Below are positions 36,101 through 48,100 of a stretch of 64,000 bases of DNA, piece by piece. The DNA is from Candidatus Omnitrophota bacterium (GTDB lineage Bacteria > Omnitrophota > Gorgyraeia > JAFGHF01), in NCBI GenBank assembly GCA_042571705.1, contig JBHPFV010000001.1, positions 46,630-110,629 of the forward strand. The letters run 5' to 3'. The first letter of the stretch is position 1, and each line of letters begins with the position of its first letter. The position numbers and the translations under genes were made by a program. A model generated the notes under the pieces. It made no database searches, was not told the origin of the DNA, and saw only the letters and a list, made by a program, of their open reading frames with translations.

Positions 36101-39100
36101 AGTCTTTGGGGCCAAGGGAGGCTATCAGGAGTTCTCAAAAGTAACAGAAAGATTACGGAAAGAGCCTGAAGAATTAAAACAGGCCAAGCTGGGCAACGAT
36201 AGGCAGAGCAGCCAATTACCAGGGATAATTAACTTGGCGCTGGCAGAAGATATAGCTCAGGGTGATCCTACCAGCGAACTGGTCTTTTCAGAAACAGCAA
36301 CTGCTAATGCTAAAATCATAACCAGGGAAGCTGGCATAGTCTGTGGTTTGGAGGCAGCAAGATTAGCTTTTCAAGCTGTAGATGACAAGATTAGCTTTCA
36401 GACTAAGCTCAGAGACGGGCAGGAAGTTGAGCAAGGCCAAATTCTTATTGAGTTAGAAGGCAATGCGCGAAATATTTTGATGGCGGAAAGAGCGGCTTTG
36501 AACTTTTTAGGCCGTCTTTCCGGGATTGCCAGTTTGACCAGCAAGCTTGTCAATAGAATTAAACCATCGAAGGTCAAAATTATGCCTTATGAAACGACCT
36601 GTGGGCTGAAGGAGCTCGAAGAAGGTGCTGTTCTTTGCGGAGGTGGGTTTATCCGTCCGGGGAAAGAGGTGCCGGTTGTAACTATGGATAATCTGCGCAA
36701 AATTGTTGCCAGCGGCGTAGCTAAGATTGCAGTGCGAGAGTTGACTCTTTCAACAAAAATACTAGACGTGGCTTTAGATTTGTGCGTATCCGAACCAAAT
36801 GATCGAAGCCGGGTCTGGACGGGTGATAATGAATCAGGCCAAGCCACATTTGCCTTTGCCTTTTTTGGCTTGGGCCTGCCCGCCTTCGGCGAGACTTTGC
36901 CGGTCCTGGGGATGGTTGCGGCGCCGTTGGTGTGGGTGGCGGTTGTGGCTGTGCTGGCTGTGGCGGCAGACTTTGAGCCTTTACTTGGGATGAGCGGTGT
37001 AGGTCTGGCTATGGGGGTAGTGGCAGGATTAGGTGACAGATGGGGAGAATCGAAAGTTTTTCATGCTAAAACTGTAATAAAGCGCCTCTTAAATGCAGAC
37101 CGAAATATAAGAACACCGGCTGCCTTGTTTGAAAGTCTAAGGACTGAGGCCCCCGATGTATTGGCGGCAATACCACCAGTTCGCGAAGATGGAACATTTA
37201 ACTATACGGTTCAAGAAAGGCGAGAAAAATTGCAAAACCTGGTATCTCTGGCTGCCGAGGAATTACGGGTAAGAATTAATTTAATTGTGGCGAGTTACAA
37301 AAGAAATATTGCTGAAGCAGCTTCTGGGGAAGAATTGAAGAATCTTTATAGGAATTTAGGTAAAGTCCTACATCCTGACTTTAATCTTGGTAATGAAAAA
37401 ATGGCCATTGCTGCCTTCATAGAGCTTGCAAGTGCTGTGGAGAGACGCTTAGCAAGCGACTTACCAGAATTTACTAGTGATATTAGAGCTTTAGCGAAGA
37501 AATGGTCAAAATTCATTACTTTTCTTGGTTGTGGTGAAAGCATGCCTTTAATGGAGGGACCAATTGGAGAGCTCTTAAAGAGCGAGGGAAGTGTAGTAGA
37601 AGAAGCAAAAAGGCTTTCTTCTTTAGCTGTGGGTAATATTGCCTATATAAGCTTACCGAAACAGGAAAATTCAAAAAGCCTTTCATTAGTGGTCTTACCA
37701 AATATGATGATTAGGCGAATACTCGTCTTAGGCCAGTTGACTGCCGAAACCCCATTGCCATATATCAGCATAGAGCCTCCTGTAATCGGATCTACGTTAA
37801 CTACTGAGGGCATGCCGACCGATAGCTGGTATATTCCCTACTTCTCCGTGGCAAGTATGCTTAATCCGCCTGTGGAACATATCGCATTGGAGGATCTCAG
37901 GCAACACAGGATAAAGGCTGTAAAAGAGCCTCTTTATACTGTAAGAGGCACTTTTGGCACTCCTTTCGTAGCCAGAATTGGTGAGCTGTTTGAATGTAAT
38001 TACGAAGACGGCGGTTTCACCACTTTAAAAAATAAGAAAACACTTACCAGTGTAACGGTAATAAGCTTGAAAAGAGGAAATTTGTACAGGCGCCTTACGC
38101 TTTTTCCTTACGGTGAGGGCTCAATTGATTCGTATCATTTAATGCTTCATCCTAGTGAAAGAAAAGTCCAAGGTCAAATAATTAATGTAAGTGTGAAGAC
38201 AGTACAAAAAGGTGTAGAGGGGGGATATATCAAGATTAGAAGAAAAGTCTTGCCTTCCAAACAAACCCACATAGTTGTAGAGGGCGGCAAAACCAATCTG
38301 AGAAGTGTACCCGGCTTAGATGACGAAGCCATCAAAACAGACAATAGTGCCCTCTCTGTCTTCGGGTTGGGGGGCTTGGGCCTGTTTGGTGGCTGGTGGG
38401 GTGTTGTTGGTGTGGCGGCTGTGGTTGTGGGTGTGCTAATTATGGATGCTCAACGTGAAAGGATGGTTTCAACCTTCTTCTCAAGGGTGGCAATACGTTT
38501 CTCTAAGGCTTGGAAGTCTTGCTTGCGCAGCATATCTGATAAGGCTTTGATGGCTAGAGAGTTGTCCGCCACCATCTGGGCAAGTTTTTCTATGTCGGTT
38601 TTTACATTCTTTAAATCAGCGCGAATACCAGCTATTTCTCGCTGTATTTCTTTATTGGACACTTTAATTATGGTAATATCTTCAAAATTTCGTCCTACTT
38701 GTTCCCGAGTACCCCTAACTTCTTCTTTGAGTTCTCCTACATCTGCTCGGACGAATTCTAAGCCTTCACCAAAAGTACGAAATTGCGACGACAAATCCTC
38801 TAATATTACACCAAACTCTCGATCTTTACTGAGATCTTTACCTTTCTTGGCCACGCTATTCTCCTTATTTGAATTTGGAAATTATGCAACACAAATCATA
38901 TCACCAAGCCCTGTCTCTGTCAAGGGTAAATTTGGAAGTCAGGATACCCTATCCGTCTTAGGGCTGGGGGGCTTGGGGTTGATGAGTGTTGACTGGGTTA
39001 GTGCTGGTTTGTTTTTTGGGGTAATGTTAGTGTGGTGGCGGAGAACTAATAGTGAGTCTTTACCGGTAGGCTTCGCGGCGATGACGGACACGAAACACGA

Positions 39101-42100
39101 TAACTTCTTTAGACGTATCGCTAATCGTATAAATAACGCGATAACTGCCCTTACGCAGTCGATATTGGTTGGCCGTGCCGGTAAGTTTCTTACAATTTCC
39201 AGGCCGGGGATTTCCAGCAAGAGAACGAATGGCAGTTATAATAGCAGGAATTTGTTTCTTGGGCAGGGAGCGAATCTGTTTTTGCGCAGAGGCAATGAGG
39301 AAGAGCTTATACAACCTTCTCTCCCTGGAGTTGCTCAGCGAATTTATCAAAGGAAATCCGCTTTTCCTTACGGTGAGACTTTATGTATTGGCTGTCGGCC
39401 AAATCCTCCACCAGTTCAAGGAGCTTCCGGTAGTCCTTTATACTCAGTATCACCGCAGAGCACTTTCCGTGTTCGTCTACTACAAACTCTTCGTGCAATT
39501 TTATCATCGTTTACCCCCAATTTATCCTCTGATTCCAACAACTCTACCGATAAATATAACCCATTTTCCCATAGAAGTCAAGCTGTAAGAGGCCAAACCG
39601 CTGTGGTGGGGTGGTTGGGGTTGGTGGGGGTGGTTGTGCTGGCTGTGGCGGCGGACTTTGAGCCTTTGCTGGGGGTAGGCGGTGTAGGCGCAGGTCTGTT
39701 TTTGGCCGCAATGATGATGGGTGGGATATATGACGCAAGCAGAAAAAAAGAGTCTGCGCATAATATTAATGCAAAAAAACAATTGATAACAGCTGACCAG
39801 ATAAAAATGACCGGATATAACCCTACTAATCAGCGAGATAGAGTAATAATTACTTATCAGAATCAACCAAAATTTCCTGTCATAGCAGAAAGCAATGTAT
39901 TGGCGATGTTTGAGTTCAAGAGATTGGCAGAGTTTGTGGATATAGAAAAGATACAGGTTGCAATAAGCACGGGTTTGCCAAGCCTTGGGTTCTGTATAAA
40001 ATCTACTGATCCTACGCTTCCGGGATATAACGAAAAAGCACAAGAAGCACTGCTAGTTAGAATAAATGTTTTTATCGATTACTGTTATCCGAATGACTTT
40101 AAAGCCTGGGAAAATGGTGAAATAATTAATGCTGCTAGGCTGACCGGGTTACACACAAACCCTGCCATAAAAGGTGAGGTTTTTCTCCATAATCTATTTG
40201 AAAATCATTTGAAACCGATGATCAAGAATGCGGGATTTGAATGCATTAATGCCTGGGCATTTGAGATTCCTGGTAAAACGTGGCTTCATCGTCACGGTTT
40301 TGTAGATATGAAAGTTGGTGATGGTTCAACTATATTTACTTTAAATTTACAAGATTACAGTCCTGTTGGTACGCAGTGGCATGGTTGGCGGGGGAAAGCA
40401 GGAGAATCAGAACCGGCCCAAGAATCTAATATCTTGCTACCTGATGAGTTGAGATGGTCTTCATACAGACTGCCTGATTATTTTATAGTAGATAGAATGA
40501 AAGACGATAATGATTTTCGTGAACGAGTATTCAATGAAGGAATTTTGCCTGTAGGGGTAAAAGGAATTATAGATAATCCTGAATTAGCAGATTGGATGAG
40601 GACATTTGACCCGCGAATGGTCGCTAAAATCAAGGCTTTTCTGTATAATTCCTACAAAGATCACAAGCGATTAGAGCTGATTGGAATAAAAGGGACCCAT
40701 CATTGCTCTACTTGCGCTGATGAAATATGGGAAGTAATACCCGGGACTCTATTCCATTGGGCGGCTTGGAATCGAGTTGGTTTAGACCCAGAAAATGGCC
40801 TCGGCAAACGTTTGGCCGATATATATCCTTACATAGAAAACCCGTGGATCAAGGGAATGGGCCAGGTGAAATGCAGAGAATATACTGGTGATATTGTGGA
40901 AGGGTTTTTACAAAAGCTAAAAGCAGAATCTGAACTTATGCCTGTTGTTTTGCAATTATGCGAGACTTCTAATGAAATCGTATTAGACGATTATTGGTAC
41001 CGCGCCAGCATTACAAATGCATTATATGGACTGGGCGACCATCATGAATATGATATTTCTCCTTTCGGATTGTTCTTTATAACAAATCTATCCATCCTGT
41101 TATTTAAAGAAGGCTTAATAACGCAAGAAGATTACAGGAAACTTGAAATAGCGACAACAAGGGTAGAGTTTCCCTATGGCGGTATTGGGCGTTTCTTGCC
41201 GTATAACTTATTTAGAGAGGTATCGGCGTCTAAGGATTTTGATTATAAGCAAGCGGTAAAAAGATTTTTTGAGAGTTGTACTCGCAATGATTATTGTTTA
41301 TCTGACCAATGGTATGCAGATCAGTTGTATGCTGCACTTTCTGCTGCAAAATCTCAAGGTATAAGTGTTGCTGATGATATTTGGCAAGAGTTTTGCAGAA
41401 TGTTTCGTCAAAAAAATAGGGACAGCGAGCAATCTCCGAACTCCCTATCCGCCTTCGGGCTGGGGGGCTTGGAGTTGCCTGTTATCGTGGGCTTGGTGGC
41501 TGTTGGGGCTGTGGCTGTGTTGTGGAAGCTGTTGCGAAAACTGGGAAAAAGTCAAAATCCAAGACCTGGCCCCATCGACGTTAGCTTGCTTCGGCCGATA
41601 GTAATTTTAGCCGGTGTTTTAGCCTATTCTTTTTTCTCTCCGGGAGCAATGGAAGGAATACTTAGTTTTCACTTGTTGATTTGTCTTATAGTGGCGATCA
41701 GCGTAGCACTCGTTTGCTATGTTGGGCACATATTCAACAGGGATAGAAATCTAGAAGGACAAAAATCTCAAGTCAAAAAAGATGGAATCACTCCCGAAGA
41801 GAAAGAGAAAGTTTTTTGGGATATTGTCAAGATACTAGCCGTGTTGTTCTTGATATGGGTTGTTTTCGGACCAGTAAACACTGCCGCAGGCGGGACATTG
41901 GCATTGCCAGCTGCAACCACTACAACTGTGGCACCGGCTGCAGTTCCGTCAACACTGCCGACACTTACGCAAATGCTATTAACTATTTTAGCAATAGCGG
42001 TTGGGGTCTATTGTTTGCTGAGACCCAATCTCAATCGGTTTAAGACTCTCTTAAACAGAAATTTGCTTTGGCCGATAGCATTTTTATTAGTCGGTGCTGG

Positions 42101-45100
42101 TGTTTTAGCAGCATATTTTTTCCTCCCTCCCGAAGCAACAACCCAAGCCATGGCTCAGCTTTTCGGCACAGGAGGCAGCGCAGCAGGAGTTAAGTCCTTA
42201 CTCCCGGCAGGCGGCATGGCTCTGGCCATGGCGGGGGTGACAGGAAGCGCAGGCGCAGGAGAAAGATCTGAACGAGAATTTAAGCAACCTTCAAGGAATC
42301 TTGTTAATAAAGATGGCCCAAAGGCTGGCTTCGGCGCACCGTGGAGAATTGATGTGGCCAATGTGCCTACGCTTGCTTTTACTCAGGTTGCGGCAGCAGA
42401 ACCCGAAGATTCGATGTTTGCATTGAATATCTATCTGCGCTATCTCTCGGTCGCAGCCAAAAAAGAAATTATGAATAGAATTAGGCGTGCACGTAAGTTT
42501 ATTGAGAAGCTAGAGTCAATGTATCCCGATGCATTAACTTTTGTGCTGTTTGGAAGCTATCCTTATGGTTTTATGAATGAGATACCACGCGACATAGATG
42601 TTCACATTACGGAAAGCAAGAACGAAAATATTACGCAGCTAACAAATCTTGCTGACCTTTTTGATAGGTATAGTCGCACGCCGGAAACCGTGAAAGGCGT
42701 AGTTTTTACCGAAAAAGATTTCTTAGGGTCATTATCTCAAAATAACGCAGGTTTGATATTGCCTTACGTTCTAGAGGCATTGACCGGTATTACCGTTAAG
42801 GGGAAATTTTATTACGATGTCAATAATCCACCTTCGCTCAGGTATATTTTCTACCTTTTAGATTTTACTCAAGAAACCATAGATGAATCGATGGAAATAT
42901 TAGATTTGCCTTACTCGAGTGAAAGTCTTCAAGAGTACAGGCATTATAAGGCACACCAAGTGCATAGAGATAAAATTCGCTTTGCTCAAGACACCATAGA
43001 CGCGTTTGAAAGAAGAGAAAAAGGCAGAGCTGCCATGCACATGAGAGCTATAAGACTTGTATGCCAAAGTCAACTTGTTATGAAGTTGATCTGCGATCTA
43101 TATGGAGTAGATAGCACAGAAGTCCTGCCGCCAACATCCAATAACCCTTATATTAACGAACAAGCGATCAAGACATTGAGTACATATATAACAGAAGGTG
43201 CTCCCCATATGTCGTTCATCATGGACGGCGTACATAATACTGACGACTTTACTTTAGTCTATGATGCCTGTCGTCAGCTATGCGAGGCATTAACGAGTTT
43301 GGATGAAAGAGTGGAGAAGTTGCGGCAGCGTACCCAAGACAAAGATCCCGATGCTGCCTCCGGCTCAGACGGTACAGCCCTCTCCATCTTCGGACTTTGT
43401 GGGTTGGGGATGGGTGGTGTGCCTTTACTGGCTGTTGGGGCAGTGGTTGTGCTGTGTTTTAGCCGTATGTTTAGGTCGGGCTTAAACAGGTGGGGTTGGG
43501 GCATTGCAGCTGCATTATTACTTATCCCAGCGCTATTTGGCCAGTCAACAGAGCTGTTTGCGGTCGCAGGAGGTTTTAAGCCTTTGCTTGGCGGGGCAGG
43601 CGGCATGGCTCTGGCTATGGTCGCCATGATGGGTGGGATGACAGACGTTGGCGATGGGTCGCATAAAGATAAAAATAGGTCTGACCCCTTTTCTCCACAA
43701 CCTTCTTCGGAAAAAGCAAAGAAGGTAAAAGAAATTTTTGGTGAAAACGCGATAAAAGACGAGCTCGATTTAAATTATGATTTTCAGCAGCTTGTAGAAG
43801 GACATAGGAGAGAGAGGTTTGAAGAAGGGAACGAAGGTGGGGCGAAAGGGGAAACAAAGTGGTTTCCTTTAAGAATAGCTTTAATGCCGCTTTTTAGATG
43901 TGTAGCCAATTGTCTGTATTGTTTCTTTGGAAATAGCGTACATAAAAAAGACGAGATGTCCATAGAGAATATGGCTCATATATTCGATACCCAAGAATTA
44001 CTTATAAAAAATATTTTCTCACATCTAAGCGGAGGAGAGATTTTCCTGAGGGATGATGTGTTGGAAATGATTGAGAAATTTCCAATCGTTTCATTAGTTA
44101 CTAACGCGGCAACCATGACTTCTTTAGAAAAAGCTAAGGATTCCATTATAGCGTTAAAGAAAGTATATGAAAAAAGAATAGAATCCGGACAGATGGAGAT
44201 TTTAAAGCCAGATAGTTTTGGGCAAGTTGATAGATATCAGAGATCCTGGTTGTGTTATTTATGGATGAGAGAGAAACTAATAGAGTTAACCCGAAATGAG
44301 CCTTTTCATATAGGTATTTCCTTAGATGACATTTGTTTAGCGGAACACTCTATTTCTGTGGGAAAAATAGCAAATTTAATAGTCGCTTGTGTTAATCATT
44401 ATCCTAAATTGGGCCTGGGATTTATAGCAATTGATGGAAAATGGAAAGAAGAAGCATACCCTGCCCTGAAGAAAGAACTTGAGAGGCATGGTTTAGCTTT
44501 AAAATTCAATGAAAAAAATAATAATTTTCTTTTGACAAGGCACGGTGGATTTAGAAAACTAATCAATTTAAAAGAAAATTCTATTGAAAAAGTGGGCGGC
44601 GCTTTTGCTAATTTGTCCGGTGAAAATTTTGGCAAAGCTATTTTACCCAAACAAAGGTCTTATTTTGGATTCTATAAAGATTATTATGGACTAGCTATAA
44701 TTGATTATAGTGGCAACATGAGTATTTCAGACGGTTTCTTGGCTGAGCATGCACCTCTTATATTTGGAAATGTACTTGAGGAAGGCTGGAGTAAAATACT
44801 TAAGAGGGTAGACAAAGATCCACTATTTAGAGCGCTAGTTACCTCAACGCAAAAAATTATTTCAATAGCAAAGGAATATGATCCTGATATTGTAAAAAAT
44901 ATACAAGAGGGCAAGCCCGGTGGGACTATTGCACTATTTTACTGGCTTCTCTCCAACCCCGAGCGAAAACTCTACGTAACCTATCGGCTTCTGCAAGACT
45001 ATTACGAAGAGGGCGTGTTAAAAGGCAAAAATCCGTTCAAGGACCTGGAGCCACATGAGATAAAGGCTTTAGTTGAGAAAGAGGTTGGAGAATTAAGAGA

Positions 45101-48100
45101 TGAATTCAGAGAAAGACCAGGTAAAGCCACAGATGATGGAGGCAGTCACGAATCTCCTGAAACTCTATCCGCCTTTTGGTTTGGTGGGTTGGGACTGATT
45201 GGAGCCGAGCACTGGGTAGTGCTGGCTGTGGGTCTAGGTATTATGTTTGGGGGGACACTTCTCCGATTGGCTCGAGAAACGGTCTCCGATTGGCTGGAGA
45301 ACCGGTCTCCGTTTGGGCTGAGACCTGGTCTTATCAATGTGCGATTAGTAGGCTGTTTGGTATTGGGGATATTAGGCATCGCGGCTCTATGGCTATGGGG
45401 CGGCCCAGGTACAGGGCTGGCTGTGGCGGCGGACTTTGAGCCTTTGCTTGGTGTAGGCGGTGGCGTAAGTTTAGCTATGGCGGGGGTGGGGGTGATTTAT
45501 GCAAGCTTAAATGATAAAGAGGGGCAGATCATAAGTGCTGTTGAGAAATTTTATAATGAACATGGAGAGAATGTTTATAGAAACACTGCAGGAGGAATAG
45601 GGGGGAGATATAAACCATTGCCATCAAAAAAGGCGATGGAAGATTTATGGTTACTGTGTAAACAGTTAAGAATACGAAAAGGAGACAAATTTTATGATTT
45701 TGGATTTGGGGATGGTAGAATTGCTGTTATGATGAGAGCGCTTGGTCTCCAAGCGTATGGCGACGAAATAGATGTTAATTTAGCCAAGAAAGCAAAGGTT
45801 TTATTAGGGAAAAATCTTAAGAAGTATTCATTTTTAAGTAGCCTTGTAAACGAAGACAATGTACATCTACAACACGGTGATTCCTTCAATCGAGATTTAT
45901 CTGAATTTGATATTGTCTTTTTCTATTATACGTTTCCTATTCCAGATTGGACCGGAGGAAATCAAGATTTGGCTAGAGAAGTGTTTAAACAAAGAGTATG
46001 GGCAAAGCTGATTGGCAATATAGACGGAAAAGGCCTTAAGTCTGGGGCACAATTTATTACTTTCTGTCCTCCCGAGAGCAAATATTGGTTAGATGACTTT
46101 GATGAATTTAATGTTATGCATTGTGGTAATTTCGGGATATATGAGCTGAAACCGCAGGTTGGGGATGGAGACTTTGGTGGCTGGATGACTGATCCAATGT
46201 CTGGATTTGTTGGTATGCATCAGGCGGGTTGGCGTAAGAAAGCAGAGGAATCGCAACCGCCCCCAGAAGATATTTATTCTATAGCAAAAATAACCGTACC
46301 GAAAACTGCACATAGGCAAAAAGGAATACACCACAGGCCTTCGCTAGCTCTTGTTGATACTTGTGGAAAAATATATAAGCTATTTTCTGAAAATATTATA
46401 ATTAAATTTTCAAGGGGTGAGGAAAGTAGTGGCGATGAGGCTACTTATCGTCATGGAGGCATTGCAGAGTTTGTTTTTAAAATAGGATCCTCAGGTGGAT
46501 ATACAGGGCCATATATAATTACTATCGAAGGGCCTTTTAAGCAAGACCTGCTTGAAGAGGCAGCCAAGATTCTTGCTACCGTTCTAGGGGACGAAAGATT
46601 TAAATATGGTTTTCATTCAGACCTGCCACTGAGAGAGGAAATAGATGAAAAGATTAGACAACTCAGAACATCCATTGCCAAAAATAGGGGTGACGACCAA
46701 TCTTCAGAAGCCCTATCCGCTTTGGGGCTGGGGGGCTTGGGGTTGATGGGTGGCTGGAATGTTGCTATTTTGGCTGTGGTGACTGTAGTGGTTATGGCTA
46801 TTTTTAGCTTACGGCAGAAACGAAGGGGTGATTATCGTGACAATGAGGTTACTTTAGCCTCAAGAGTAGATATGCGTTTTTCCAGGGCTTGGAGTTCTTG
46901 GCGGTCAACTTTAGTTTTGGCGAGATTATCAATGCTTTGGGTAAGTGTCTCAATTTTAGCGGCCATATTCTGGATTGCCGCTTCTAGAAGGGTAATCTTT
47001 TCGGTATTCTTGCCAACTTGCTCATACGTAGCATCAAGCTTAGAAACCATTTCTTCTTGTCGTTCGCCAAATGCCTTGAATTCACTGCGAAATTGGTCAA
47101 TTAGCGTACCTACTTCCGTGGGGCTAAATTTAGCTTTGGCAGGTTTGCTTGTTCTGATGGGTTTTTTCATGGTGAGGTATATAATAAGCCTGCCGAGCGC
47201 AAAAGTCAAGCGAAAAATAATGCCGCTAACCGTTAAAGGTGAGCTAAATGTACAATTACTTGAAAGGTTGGTTGATCAGGCTGGCAGAAACGCCGGATTT
47301 GTGCTTGATGTAGGGATTATAGCCAGGATTGTTGGCGGAATGAGAGTTCTAAGGTCAGGAAAACGCAAAGATATAGATATTGCTCTTATTTTGCAACATC
47401 CTTTTCAAGGTGGTGAATGCAGCAAGTTTATTGAACAGTTTAAACAAATAGTAGAGAAACATCAAGGTGTAGAGTTAAAGAAAAGAGAAGTGAGTGCAAA
47501 GGAAGGGAGGCATTTTCCGTTTCATTATCTTAAAATTACTTCTTCTTTAGCAGGACAAGTAAAAGAGATAGAAGTTAGGGATATATTTCTTATACTTGAC
47601 TCAAGATTGATTTTATCTGCCCTTGCTCCACCTTCACAGGTTCTATCAGACCAGACGCTCGAATCCCTATCCCATTTATCTTTCAAGAATCTTATTACTT
47701 TAGAATATTATCTTGGTGATTTAGAAATATACACTAAGATGTTGGAAGAATTCAAGAGTAAAGTTCAAGATGGCGGCGATGTGATCGTTGACTTCGATAA
47801 GCATCCTTCTTATGCTGAAAGGGCAAGGACGCATATAGCGGAAGCCAAAAGATTAATGGAATGCAGTGAAAGGGAGTTGGCTCAGGATGAAAAATTTCGT
47901 CAGGTTCATACCCGTTATACCTGTTTTATCTTTAATGTAGAAAAAAGGGTCAGACGTCAATCTCCGAGACCGACGAACTGGCGGGGGCATCAGATGTTAC
48001 CGTCGGGAGTGGTGATGACACAAGAGATGCTGCAGAACAACGGATATGCGCAGGGGTGGCAGCAAGGCAGAGCTGCTCGAGCAGCCAATGCATGGTTTGG

